Virus genome (UHGV): UHGV-0236300
Origin: a virus
DNA length: 64,000 nucleotides
Direction: 5' to 3' (one strand)
Shown here: positions 19,002-28,812 of the stretch, piece by piece
How positions within the stretch are numbered: position 1 is the stretch's first letter
Layout: every line of letters begins with the position of its first letter
Notes under the pieces: model-generated
Database searches by the model: none
Told to the model about the DNA's origin: nothing
Seen by the model: the letters and a program-made list of their open reading frames with translations, nothing else
Position numbers and translations under genes: made by a program

Positions 19002-19121
19002 ATGAGCACTACACGCCAATACACAAAGGTAACTATTATCGTTTGCGTTGTCGGTTACATCCTGGCGCAAATGTTAATGAGTAGCGCCAACAGTTTTGCA
19101 AAATTTTTCTTAAATTTTTAA
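19002..19121 (+). CDS. small hydrophobic peptide (39 aa)
   Basis: RBS AAAAGGGGG; MSTTRQYTKVTIIVCVVGYILAQMLMSS... predicted transmembrane. Confidence 0.35.
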   Translation: MSTTRQYTKVTIIVCVVGYILAQMLMSSANSFAKFFLNF

Positions 19122-19122
19122 T

Positions 19123-19176
19123 TGACAAGCTAACCCAAATCAGTATACTTAAGCACGTAAACGGGAAAACTTCCCA
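19123..19176 (+). promoter_or_regulatory. sigma70-like promoter plus conserved 5'UTR element
   Basis: TTGACA ... TATACT, then CACGTAAACGGGAAAACTTCCC (identical 22-mer also at 21013-21034). Confidence 0.5.
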
Positions 19177-19200
19177 GAACACACAAAAGGAGAAAACACC

Positions 19201-19533
19201 ATGACTACTATGACCGCCGCAGAAAAAGCTATTCAGGTTGCCGCACTGAAAAAACAGATCGCAGACCTTGAGAACAAGATCGATAACTTTGAAATCGACG
19301 AGGACAAGTACGACGAAAACTATGATGAATGGTTAGACGAGGTCTACGGCGAAATCATGATCGGAAACATTTCTTTTCTTCCGTCGCGTATCCTCAAGGA
19401 GCTAGATCCTATCGCTTACCGCTGCGGATTTAGCGACTACATCGACAGCCTGGATATTGAGGACGATGAAGAGTACCAAGAATTGCAAACAGAGTTGGAA
19501 GAAGCAAAAGAAGAGCTTGCAGAACTGGAATAA
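19201..19533 (+). CDS. hypothetical highly acidic early protein
   Basis: 110-aa ORF, RBS AAAGGAGAAA; D/E-rich. Confidence 0.55.
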   Translation: MTTMTAAEKAIQVAALKKQIADLENKIDNFEIDEDKYDENYDEWLDEVYGEIMIGNISFLPSRILKELDPIAYRCGFSDYIDSLDIEDDEEYQELQTELEEAKEELAELE

Positions 19534-19543
19534 AACGAGTAAA

Positions 19544-19589
19544 TTTATTTTTAGATGGCCTTGACTCCAGGGCCATCAATAAAGTAAAC
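19544..19589. repeat. conserved stem-loop element, copy 2
   Basis: Same 46-nt sequence as 18925-18970. Confidence 0.5.
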
Positions 19590-19628
19590 TTTACACTGTT
19601 AACACTGAACTAATGAGGAGTTAAAACC

Positions 19629-19874
19629 ATGGCAGCACTAATCACCAAATATTATGCGCCTACCAACACCAAAAGCGCCCGTATCATGGTAAAAGGCTTC
19701 GGACGTAAAAAGGTCTACACCTGGGATTATGCCTTAGATATGGAAGACAACTACACCAACGCAATGACCGATTTTATTAATGATCTGAATAAACAGATCT
19801 TAACCGACTACAAAGTGACCGATATTGCCTACGTCGGGGAAGGCGGGATCTGTTTTGTGGGCATTGTGAAATAG
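19629..19874 (+). CDS. hypothetical early protein
   Basis: 81-aa ORF, RBS TGAGGAG. Confidence 0.5.
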   Translation: MAALITKYYAPTNTKSARIMVKGFGRKKVYTWDYALDMEDNYTNAMTDFINDLNKQILTDYKVTDIAYVGEGGICFVGIVK

Positions 19875-19949
19875 TTATTTTTTCGGTGGTCCTGGCTGCA
19901 GGGCCATCTATAAAGATAATTTATTAACACCATGAAAGGAGAAAGTAAC

Positions 19950-20303
19950 ATGATCAGCGGTGCAAGTTTTATCATTGGCGCTATTGCTACGGCTTTAATT
20001 GTAAACAAGATCCAGGATAAAAAGGAAAGAGGAAGCACCGCCCTTGCAGAATATCCATTTTGGGCATTCAACGATAACGAAGATTATATTATAAAGTATA
20101 AAAATAAAGAAGGTGACCAAGTAACACCGCGACCGATCCCGGCTTACAAGATGCAGGAAACACTATACCGCCTGGAGGCGGGGGGCGCAAAAATTGTGGA
20201 CTTTTGGGGATACGATCACACAGATCAGGAAGTTATAAAGCGCCGTATCCGGGCTATTCAGGCCAATATTGAAGTTAGCAAGGGGGGAATATATGAAGAT
20301 TAA
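19950..20303 (+). CDS. hypothetical membrane-anchored protein
   Basis: ATG 19950 after AAAGGAGAAAG; N-terminal hydrophobic segment. Confidence 0.5.
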   Translation: MISGASFIIGAIATALIVNKIQDKKERGSTALAEYPFWAFNDNEDYIIKYKNKEGDQVTPRPIPAYKMQETLYRLEAGGAKIVDFWGYDHTDQEVIKRRIRAIQANIEVSKGGIYED

Positions 20304-20490
20304 TTTTGAGAAGATTGTAAAGCGATCTCATGATTCCGAAGAGTTGCCGGAACGCCGCCAGCGTAACAATAAACTGAATAAGCCAAAAAGATTTGGAAAG
20401 ATCTGGCGAAATCATTATGATCGTAAATTGCCTGGCCTACTTTTGGAACGTGAACGACAGGCAGAACGATACCGCCATAAAGACAAATAA
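20293..20490 (+). CDS. hypothetical basic protein
   Basis: ATG after AAGGGGGG; K/R-rich. Confidence 0.4.
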   Translation: MKINFEKIVKRSHDSEELPERRQRNNKLNKPKRFGKIWRNHYDRKLPGLLLERERQAERYRHKDK

Positions 20491-20498
20491 CAACCAAC

Positions 20499-20527
20499 GC
20501 CCCGCCATTGTGCGGGGCTTTTTATTT
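20499..20527 (+). terminator. rho-independent terminator
   Basis: Stem CCCCGC/GCGGGG, loop CATTGT, then TTTTTATTT. Confidence 0.6.
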
Positions 20528-20670
20528 CTATTCTACGAATAGCGCCCCTGGTTGGCCCTGTAAGCGCCAAAAAGGCCCCCACCTATGCAATCGCCCCTTT
20601 AACCTGAAAACATCGCCCAGGGCCGTTTTATGGCGTTAAAAATATTATTGGCAGTGATTTTATTTAAAGC

Positions 20671-20698
20671 TTGACATCTTAAACAGGTTAGCTATACT
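20671..20698 (+). promoter_or_regulatory. sigma70-like promoter
   Basis: TTGACA, 16-nt spacer, TATACT. Confidence 0.55.
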
Positions 20699-20730
20699 AA
20701 CCACATCAAAGAGAGAAAGGAGTAAACGCC

Positions 20731-20991
20731 ATGCGTAAATTAAAAAATTTTGATAAAGTTGATGTTATCCTGAATAATTTTTACTACTGCAACAACAAGG
20801 CCATTTGGTGGCGTGATAGTTCCACCGATAAAGTCAAGGCGCGCTTTCTCCAGGGGCACTGGCAAGGCCGTCCAGTGATTAAAATCATGGGGCAATTGGT
20901 AGCGTTTAAAAATTGCCGCCGTGTTGATGACGTTGAAGAGATTTTAAACATTTTGCGCCACAATAATTTAAAAAATAGTGTTGACAAGTAA
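20731..20991 (+). CDS. hypothetical early protein
   Basis: 86-aa ORF, RBS GAAAGGAG. Confidence 0.55.
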   Translation: MRKLKNFDKVDVILNNFYYCNNKAIWWRDSSTDKVKARFLQGHWQGRPVIKIMGQLVAFKNCRRVDDVEEILNILRHNNLKNSVDK

Positions 20992-21035
20992 ATCTCGATA
21001 AGTATACTTAAACACGTAAACGGGAAAACTTCCCG
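20981..21035 (+). promoter_or_regulatory. sigma70-like promoter plus conserved 5'UTR hairpin
   Basis: TTGACA, 16-nt spacer, TATACT, then CACGTAAACGGGAAAACTTCCCG. Confidence 0.55.
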
Positions 21036-21065
21036 CCACTAACAAAGAAAATAGGAGAAAATATC

Positions 21066-21689
21066 ATGACCACCGTTAACATTACCACAGGTTGCAATTT
21101 ATCTTTCGACGTGCTGACCGACGAACAAAAAGAAAAAGCTATTGAAATGGTCCGCGAAAGAGAAGAACACAGCGGAGAGGATTTTTTCGCAGAAAGTGTA
21201 ATTGAATATTATAAAGAACAAGTTTTTCCAGAGTACGGCCTTGAAGATACCGAAGTACATTGGTCCGGCTTTTGGTGCCAGGGTGACGGCGCGTCAATCA
21301 GTGCTGAAAACGTGGATTTAGAAAAATTCTTGCGTAAAGTAAAGGCCCTGACCAAGTTCCGATCAATTCGTCACTTGTTCGGCACAATGCACGATGGCGA
21401 GTTATCAGCCAGTATTGAACGCGACAAGTACAGCCATTACAGCCATGAAAACACTGTAAGCGGATACATTGATACCACCTGGCTAGATCTGACCGCCAAA
21501 CAAGAAAACAAAGTGGAAGACCTGGAAGAGCTGATCACCGAGACGGTACGGGAGCTATCCCGCAAGGTTTATGTAGACCTGGAGGAGTCCTATCTTGAAC
21601 AGTTTACTACCGAAAACCTGATCGGCCTTATTGAAGCCAATGATTGGCGGTTTGATGTGGATGAATATGGTGAGATGAGTTTTTCATAA
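21066..21689 (+). CDS. hypothetical early protein
   Basis: 207-aa ORF, RBS ATAGGAGAAA. Confidence 0.55.
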   Translation: MTTVNITTGCNLSFDVLTDEQKEKAIEMVREREEHSGEDFFAESVIEYYKEQVFPEYGLEDTEVHWSGFWCQGDGASISAENVDLEKFLRKVKALTKFRSIRHLFGTMHDGELSASIERDKYSHYSHENTVSGYIDTTWLDLTAKQENKVEDLEELITETVRELSRKVYVDLEESYLEQFTTENLIGLIEANDWRFDVDEYGEMSFS

Positions 21690-21780
21690 ATAAAGTGTTG
21701 CAATAATCTAAAAACCTGCTATATTTAAAACTCAAGGGGGTGAGATGACTTGCCTCCCACAAAACAAAGAGGAAAACATC

Positions 21781-22044
21781 ATGAAACGTCTTGACCAGCT
21801 CAAACTAGTTCAGTACATGGCTTACAGAATTCTTGAAGTCCAAAAAGGTAGCAAAAAAGAAGTTTGCGAGAAAGCGTACAAGATCTTTACTCGCAAAAAA
21901 GACGATTGGATGTTACGCCAGACCAAAAAAGCCGATATCTTGGGGTACCTGGAAGAAGAGATCCGGCTTGAAGAACAAGAAGAGATCCGCCGTAGTGAGG
22001 CAGATTATCAGGCAGCTTGGGAAAACTGGATGAGCAACAAATAA
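21781..22044 (+). CDS. hypothetical protein
   Basis: ATG 21781 after AAGAGGAAA. Confidence 0.5.
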   Translation: MKRLDQLKLVQYMAYRILEVQKGSKKEVCEKAYKIFTRKKDDWMLRQTKKADILGYLEEEIRLEEQEEIRRSEADYQAAWENWMSNK

Positions 22045-22110
22045 TACAACAGGTTGCATGGTCAGGGGCGATAAAGCCCCTTGATCACATAAAAATTATG
22101 CTATCCCTTG

Positions 22111-22139
22111 TTGACAGGGATCGGCAGTTTTGCTATATT
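22111..22139 (+). promoter_or_regulatory. sigma70-like promoter
   Basis: TTGACA, 17-nt spacer, TATATT. Confidence 0.55.
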
Positions 22140-22188
22140 CTTTTTTGAAGGGAAGTTGTAAGAAAATTAACTAAGAGGTAAAAACACC

Positions 22189-22608
22189 ATGAACATTAAA
22201 TCTGATAATCCGGCATATAGCTTTGATAACGCTTTTTGTCACGGTCCGGCGGCGAAAGGATTCGAAATCGATGGTAAACTAATTATTGTCAATGTTGACG
22301 GGGAAGAGGTTGCAGTATATCCGGTGGCAGACGTTAAAAGCCGTCTACAATGCCGCATAGATGTTACCGCCTATCAGCTTGATCCGGTCCGGGTAGTTGC
22401 CCTGGTCCTGGAAGAAGAAATTAAAGCAATGCACCACAGCAACAAGTTTATTGGTGACGCTCAAGATAATATGCAGGTATGCCGCTATAAAGTTAATGAA
22501 GTGCTTAAAGAGTACGGCTATAAGGATTTAATGATCAAGCGCGATGAAAAATTCCGCTACCGTAACGACCTGGCAAATCGGATTTTTGAAATATACGAAT
22601 CATTATAA
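22189..22608 (+). CDS. hypothetical early protein
   Basis: 139-aa ORF, RBS TAAGAGGT. Confidence 0.55.
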   Translation: MNIKSDNPAYSFDNAFCHGPAAKGFEIDGKLIIVNVDGEEVAVYPVADVKSRLQCRIDVTAYQLDPVRVVALVLEEEIKAMHHSNKFIGDAQDNMQVCRYKVNEVLKEYGYKDLMIKRDEKFRYRNDLANRIFEIYESL

Positions 22609-22626
22609 TTTCTTAACTGAATTATC

Positions 22627-22652
22627 AAGGGGCTTAAAGGCCCCTTTCTTTT
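22627..22652 (+). terminator. rho-independent terminator
   Basis: Stem GGGGC/GCCCC with TAAA loop, then TTTCTTTTT. Confidence 0.6.
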
Positions 22653-23263
22653 TGTCTGCTCTTCTCCTACCATAAACGGCCCTACCTGGCAAGTGGAATA
22701 ATTGACTAGCCATCAATCCCACATACTGTACAAATATACATGGAAAATAACTATTGCATAATCTTTCATTGTGTGGTAGCAGGGCCATTTTTACCCGTTT
22801 TCTCTCCCAAAAGTGCACGTAATGCCGCTATTGCACAAATTTTAACCTGATGCACATCTCCAATATCTTGTCAACAACTAAAAATCTTTATAAGTCATAC
22901 ACTTACACAGCATCGAAAGCGTGTTCTACGCGAAAAATCGAGTATAACTATAGCCGCCAGATCTCAGAATTCACGTACGCACGCCATTCTATAGTCTGCA
23001 AAGTATTTATTCCAACCACAGAATAACGGAATAGTCAATACCTGCATAAAATAATTATTCGTGTAAACTGCATAACATAAATCAGCTCAGGTGTCAACAT
23101 TTTTCGTAAACAGTTCGAAATTGTCACGATAAGTTATTATACACAGAGAAATCTTTAGTCGTCTAATGTTTACTGTACATTACTATACTGACTGGAATCA
23201 TTAGATGACTAAGAGAAAGATAAGAAATAATTAATAATGTAATTGTTTTACCTGTAACAATAA

Positions 23264-23440
23264 GGCAACTATGCAAACGAATGGCATGGCGCGACGGAGT
23301 CGCGACATAATATAAAAGCAGTAACAATCACCCCCGTGATAGTTTTTCTGCAATCTATTATTCAGATCATAGTTGCCTTGTATTTAGTTAATCATGACAT
23401 AACAAGCAAGGCAACTATAGATCTTCTAATAGTTGCCCTG
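23264..23440. repeat. CATAGTTGCC direct and inverted repeats
   Basis: Motif at 23264 (rev), 23368 (fwd), 23410 (rev), 23429 (fwd); 23368-23420 is a 13-bp-arm imperfect palindrome. Confidence 0.5.
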
Positions 23441-23529
23441 CTTTTATATTATGTCATAGATTGTTATCTTGTTAATTGTTTTCATGCAAACGAATGTCAT
23501 GGCTTATCATCTCTGTGTAAACAATTTGG

Positions 23530-23585
23530 GCGTAAACTATTCAGATGAAAACTATTCAGGCGTAAACAGTCTATGCGTAAACAGT
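23530..23585. repeat. CGTAAAC(AG) motif cluster
   Basis: GCGTAAAC at 23530, 23560, 23575; also 23897 and 23105; the same core occurs in the early 5'UTR 22-mer. Confidence 0.5.
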
Positions 23586-23610
23586 GAGATATGGAATAGT
23601 AACAGCCGTT

Positions 23611-23682
23611 ATTGTGTCATATTGTGTCATTGTGTCAAAGGTAAAAGTGTCAAAAGTGACAATTTTGTCACATTGTGTCAGA
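23611..23682. repeat. TGTGTCA / TGACA iteron-like repeats
   Basis: ATTGTGTCAT x2, TGTGTCAAA, GTGTCAAAAGTGACAA, TTGTCACATTGTGTCAGAC. Confidence 0.5.
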
Positions 23683-24204
23683 CAAGTTTTTCTCCTCTTT
23701 GTCAAGTGCCGCATGAAAAATTTACAAACTGGTATGGTAGCATTTTTGCGGCCCTGTTTACATTCAGGAATGTATGTATAATCCTTGCTGTGTGGGCGTT
23801 TAGACGTCTGGACGGTCAGAAGTCAGCAGGTCAATATCTAATCTATTGGTTGCTAACTATATCCCACACAAATAGTAAGAAATATAATTGTTATGTGCGT
23901 AAACAGTAACTCATGTTATCAATCCCTGTATGTATCGCCAGTGGTGCGCATAATGGGTATTATGTTAAATTGCCCGTAATGATAACCATTCTCACAATGA
24001 TAGGTATTCTCATTCATCCCCACAAGATAGATTGCAAATGTTGTGCCACTGTGTGAACGGCCTCACCTATTAATTTGCCTCACTGCCTCGATATTTGAGA
24101 ATTATTATAAAAAATGAGAAGTATTCCCATTCCGTCCGCCTGGCAGCACTCCTGTAGGACAAGCACAACATCGGGGTATAACTGGACCTGTTCAGATATT
24201 TCTG

Positions 24205-24345
24205 GCTGACTCTTCAGGCCTGTGTGGGAAAAGCCAACCTCTCCGGCGGCGGGGAGGGGGGTCAATTAAAAAATTTACGTGGTGTATGAAGCGCTCTTCA
24301 GGCAAGGTGTGTATTATGGGATGAAACCCTCTTCAGGTGATGATA
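24205..24345. repeat. CTCTTCAGG repeats and G-rich repeats
   Basis: CTCTTCAGG at about 24211, 24296, 24330 (and 24739); CCGGCGGGGA(G/T)GGGG at 24244 and 24388. Confidence 0.4.
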
Positions 24346-25113
24346 TTTGTGGGGGGATATTTGCTGGAAAGCCAGATATGACGGGGCTCCCGGCGGGGAT
24401 GGGGTAGTACAGACAGGGAAAATGTGGGGATGTGGTGGGAGTAAATTGATCAAGTAGGTAGGATATGGAATATGTTACAAGTATGTTAAATATAGAGGTA
24501 GGATATTTGTGAGATTTGTGTGTAAAATCAAAGACTTAGGTGGTGTTGTGGTATTTTCTATAAATAATTCAAGTTTAATAGGTGATATTTGTCTCCATCC
24601 ACTTTGTGTGGTAAACAGCTCCTAATTGAATTGGTTTACAAGTGTATATAAAGTATACAAATTAAAGATATAAGAAACCCCCCTCCCCCTTCGGCTACCA
24701 TTCACCTTTTCCTCTGACTGGTACTTAAACACTTATTCAGACTCTTCAGGTTATCACCCCTATACTATATGGCAGTGACTGGTGTCCTCCGGCCCCTCTT
24801 TCGCCACCCGTCCGCTTCGCCATGCTAATGCCATAGCCAAAGGTTCGGTTGTTCACCCTGTTCACTCAGGTGTATCTCCATACCCCTTCAAACCGAAGAG
24901 AACAGAAAACCCGAATTACTCGGTAAAAGAAAAGAGAAGAACTTAATTTTATCAAGATAGGCAAGAATGTCAAGGGATGACTGCTCACTAAACAAGCAAA
25001 CAGTCATGTGTGGTAGGTAAGTAACTGGGTTGGTAGGAAATTTAGTTGGAAGATGTTATAGGTGCCTCCAGAACCTTAGCTGGGCAGCTAAACCTGCAAA
25101 GCAGACTTGTGTG

Positions 25114-25329
25114 TCAGTCCAAAGGTTCATCTACTACTTCACTGAAATCAATGTTCAGGGTCTCTTCCCAACCATCAATCTCAGCACCAGAGTAGAGATC
25201 TTTAGGGTCTACATCAAGGGCTTCCGCAACAGCATCTATATTTAACACTTCTGGCAGGTAAGATTCATCGAATTCAAGGTAAATCAGGCCACGAGTGTTG
25301 TCAGTCCCACCAAATATTTCTATTTTCAT
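25114..25329 (-). CDS. hypothetical acidic protein
   Basis: ATG preceded by AGAGGAG. Confidence 0.45.
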   Translation of the reverse strand: MKIEIFGGTDNTRGLIYLEFDESYLPEVLNIDAVAEALDVDPKDLYSGAEIDGWEETLNIDFSEVVDEPLD

Positions 25330-26133
25330 GAAATCTCCTCTGGAAATGAGAGTGTGAACAGGGTTTATACGTTCCAATACGCTGGAATTATGCACGTTTG
25401 CCTCTTCAGGCCATGCTTTAGCATGATAAACTTATGTGGGCTCGGTGCTTCATAGTCTCCCACCTCTGAACTCTTCGTGCTCGGGCATAATAGAGAACCA
25501 GATGGCTATGATATCTTCCCACGTTAGGTCATCAGCCTCAGGATCCACCTGGGACGGAGATAGAGAATCCTCAGAATTGAAGTTTTCCTCTATCACTCCT
25601 TCAGATGTCTCTGTAGATGCATGTGTGTTGGTCATGTTCCACCCGTGAGTATTCCGGCAACATGTTTAAAAAATAAGACTTTATCAACATATGGCCGGAA
25701 CGTGTCGATGCCATAAGCATATTCCTGCAACAGCCGCTATGGACGTAATGATCATCAGGATCACCACTAAAACCTCTGACAATGTTTTCATTGTGTATTC
25801 CATATTATCCAAACAATGTGTGGATACTATCACAGGGGCGGTAATGTGTCAACAGAAGCGCCGCGAGGGTTTGGTTAAAATCCGAGCGTATGGTGATTTG
25901 GGTCAAAACGGGCGTGCGTTCTCGCTACGCTCGAAATAGAGAGTTGTTTGTAGGATGACTTTAAACGCTCTGTAAGGAGATTAATTGTCTAAGGTATGGA
26001 ATCGTGCACCAGATAAAGAAAAGGACGCCACAGAGCGTCCTAGGTGCCTTAAATTTGATATTTTGCTATACCCATGAGGGCTTGTCTAGGTTGGAGTAAC
26101 TGAAGGGGGTCAAAAGGTGACTGTCAAAATCTT

Positions 26134-26364
26134 TCAAACTGTCCAAGTCTTTTCCTCGTCCTGACACCATCTGTGCCTGCATTTATTGTTGTAGTGCATG
26201 GAATGCATAGCGTTCTGCAACTTAATAGGTACAAGTGATTCAGGAGTAGATAGAATTGTTGGGTATGCCAGGACTATCTCGAACAATGGAAACACATCGA
26301 AACTGAAGTCTATTTCTGCTGAGGTTGCTGGCATATAGGAGTATTTAGCTGTCGTTGTAGACAT
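26134..26364 (-). CDS. hypothetical protein
   Basis: ATG after GAGGTGG; coupled to upstream gene. Confidence 0.4.
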   Translation of the reverse strand: MSTTTAKYSYMPATSAEIDFSFDVFPLFEIVLAYPTILSTPESLVPIKLQNAMHSMHYNNKCRHRWCQDEEKTWTV

Positions 26365-26372
26365 AATCCACC

Positions 26373-26699
26373 TCACACAGGCTTGATAATACCTTCACCG
26401 AATAACTCTTCATATTTAATCTTATCAGGATCCCACTCCTGGATAATTTCGAAGACAATATCCAGCCCAGGGATAATCACTTCTCCGGTATCAAGTCTGG
26501 CAAGAACAAAACCGGAAGGTTGAATGGTTTCCCAGTTGCGACGATTAGAATAGAGAACTTCGAAAATATCGCCAACCGCAATCTGCTGATCAAGGTGCTC
26601 AAGATTCTCTTTCATATAAACGCAGCGTATTTTCCGTGCAGGCCACAGGCCCCCTGCATCACGTTCATTTAGCTCTTTTACAGTAATCGGCATTAGCAT
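26373..26699 (-). CDS. hypothetical protein
   Basis: 108-aa ORF, RBS GGAGAAG. Confidence 0.5.
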   Translation of the reverse strand: MLMPITVKELNERDAGGLWPARKIRCVYMKENLEHLDQQIAVGDIFEVLYSNRRNWETIQPSGFVLARLDTGEVIIPGLDIVFEIIQEWDPDKIKYEELFGEGIIKPV

Positions 26700-26752
26700 T
26701 TCTGATCTTCTCCATAGATAGTAAAAAGAGGGGCCAAGACCCCTCCTCGTTG

Positions 26753-27058
26753 TTATTCTGCAGAGCGTTTGAACAGAATGTCTGCTTCAGACATGTGCTC
26801 AACCTCTTCTTCGATTTTAGCTCGACGTTTTTCAGCTTCGTAGCGGATATCGAATTCGGTAGCCACCAATGACTTGATAAACTTAGGAGAATACAGGTGA
26901 TCCTGTTTCTCGACAAGAATAATATCCTTGATAGCGTCTTTCAGATCTTTAATCTGAAGCTGAAGTTCCACCAGCTCTTCAATTGTTTTACGGAGGCGAT
27001 CACGCTCTGCAGTGTCAGAAGGCAGAGAGGTGAACAGTTCAACTTTAGATTTAGCCAT
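26753..27058 (-). CDS. hypothetical coiled-coil protein
   Basis: 101-aa ORF, RBS AAGGAGA. Confidence 0.5.
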   Translation of the reverse strand: MAKSKVELFTSLPSDTAERDRLRKTIEELVELQLQIKDLKDAIKDIILVEKQDHLYSPKFIKSLVATEFDIRYEAEKRRAKIEEEVEHMSEADILFKRSAE

Positions 27059-27086
27059 AGTAAGAGTCTCCTTATATTGTTTTAAA

Positions 27087-27338
27087 TTAACGTTCTACAA
27101 AAATACCGTTCAGTTCAATAACCAGGAATTTCTGGTCTTCACTATCGTCACGTGCCAGCACCTCACAGACGTAACGGTCATCTCCGTCATCATCACAGTC
27201 AAACACAAGGCTGAGGACTTTATCATGATAAACCTTCGCCACTACCGCCTCGTAAGTGTTGCCGATTGTGAATCCAAGATAATCCCCGATGCATTTGACA
27301 ACAACATGGTCGCCAGCATTTAAGTCAATCTTCGTCAT
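27087..27338 (-). CDS. hypothetical protein
   Basis: ATG after AAGGAGC. Confidence 0.45.
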   Translation of the reverse strand: MTKIDLNAGDHVVVKCIGDYLGFTIGNTYEAVVAKVYHDKVLSLVFDCDDDGDDRYVCEVLARDDSEDQKFLVIELNGIFVER

Positions 27339-27493
27339 TACTGTGCTCCTTGGGTGATAATACGGTATGTAAAACTCTAACCAGAGATGTGAATAACGCC
27401 CCAAAACACACCGATAGCGCTAAAACAGATAAGGCCATCATTAAAGCTTCAGTAAAATCAGTCATTCCTCACCTCTTGTTAGTCACTATACTA

Positions 27494-27757
27494 TTATTTA
27501 TCTTTGCCGTCAAGAACTTTTTTAAATCTCTCAGGAATATCTCCTGTTCTTAGATAGTTCATGACCTCACAAGGTTCCCACTTAAACTTCTTGCACAGCA
27601 GAGCGGCTGAGATTGTCTCATTGCGAAAAGAAAGGATATCAATATCCCACTCTGAGAACCCTAATTTCCGAAGAGTGGCTATAGAAATCCTCACAGCAAC
27701 CCAACAAGAGAGGCACGCAACAAACGCCACTGCCACAACCCACACCAAGATGTTCAT
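27494..27757 (-). CDS. hypothetical membrane protein
   Basis: ATG after AAGGGG; N-terminal hydrophobic helix. Confidence 0.4.
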   Translation of the reverse strand: MNILVWVVAVAFVACLSCWVAVRISIATLRKLGFSEWDIDILSFRNETISAALLCKKFKWEPCEVMNYLRTGDIPERFKKVLDGKDK

Positions 27758-27845
27758 ACAGCCCCTTAATGAAATACAAGACATAGTGCCAAGGTCACTA
27801 TTCAGCAAATAATTAACAGTGCCGTTGCAACCTTGGCAAGATTTA

Positions 27846-28133
27846 TCATAGCGTCTCTAAAATTTCATACCCTTCGGGTCGGAAAACAAGCCACTCAGGT
27901 GCTCCATTTGGTCGATACGCTTTATACAGAACAACCTGATCTCGGCACATACACATTGCTACATAGTTTTCATCCACACCTGCAGCCTGCATTGCATCTT
28001 CTTCTCCGGCAACCGCTTTGCTTACAACTTCCTTGGTAGGCAGGTGGGCGATCAGCTCGTCACCATCGTTAATTCCAAAATGGCTGAGTTCTCCATTGGT
28101 GTCTTTAATCTTGATCTTAACCAAATCTTTCAT
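27846..28133 (-). CDS. hypothetical small acidic protein
   Basis: RBS GGGGGAAG; coupled array. Confidence 0.5.
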   Translation of the reverse strand: MKDLVKIKIKDTNGELSHFGINDGDELIAHLPTKEVVSKAVAGEEDAMQAAGVDENYVAMCMCRDQVVLYKAYRPNGAPEWLVFRPEGYEILETL

Positions 28134-28462
28134 TAGTCTTCCCCCAAGTTCAAAGGTCCTAAGATTTCATATGCCAGATTAGAAGTTACCAGGGGATCTT
28201 CTGCATCTTTAGTATTATACCACCCGTGAATAACCAGAGTCCCACTTTTCTTCATGTCTAACTGGAACTGTTCTGCCGTTTCCTCATCCACCTCCAAGAT
28301 CTCCATGAGGTATTTGATGTTAGGAAGGTATGCAGCTGTTACAGTCCCCTCTACCCGGCCTTCAGGCCAACCTACATCCGGATGACAAGTAGGGACCAGA
28401 GAGGTCAGCTTGATAGTGTATGCTTTTTCTGCACGAGCCTTCAGTAACGGATCAATCTTCAT
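28133..28462 (-). CDS. hypothetical protein
   Basis: RBS GAGGAGGAAG; ATGA-coupled. Confidence 0.5.
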   Translation of the reverse strand: MKIDPLLKARAEKAYTIKLTSLVPTCHPDVGWPEGRVEGTVTAAYLPNIKYLMEILEVDEETAEQFQLDMKKSGTLVIHGWYNTKDAEDPLVTSNLAYEILGPLNLGED

Positions 28463-28812
28463 TATTCTTCCTCCTCTTCGGTGCCTGCTTCCAGTAGTAA
28501 GTTAAGAACATCTTCAGCAGAAGGTTCGTAGAACTCTTGGCCTTCGTTGTCGATGATGCGATAGTCATCACCACGAATAATCAGAGGATCGTCATCAAAA
28601 CCTTCAAGACCTTTAACAACGACAACACGGTCGATTGCCATCATTGTAAGAACTTTATCGACATCTTCCTCTGCTACACCATACTGCAGCAGAATGTCTT
28701 TGGTAGGAGGGACAGCATCCACCACAACACCGTTACTAAAACCTTCCGGAAGTTTAGCTAAAATATCTTCCGGAACCACATTCATATCAAAACCTGTGAT
28801 CTCTACTTTCAT
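28462..28812 (-). CDS. hypothetical small acidic protein (MKV... / acidic-tail family)
   Basis: RBS GAGGTG; C-terminus TEEEEE. Confidence 0.5.
   Translation of the reverse strand: MKVEITGFDMNVVPEDILAKLPEGFSNGVVVDAVPPTKDILLQYGVAEEDVDKVLTMMAIDRVVVVKGLEGFDDDPLIIRGDDYRIIDNEGQEFYEPSAEDVLNLLLEAGTEEEEE

Noticed and set aside
23336-23909. Overlapping plus-strand ORFs in the repeat hub
   Set aside because: They lie on iterons and inverted repeats, lack RBSs and overlap one another in different frames; read as chance ORFs
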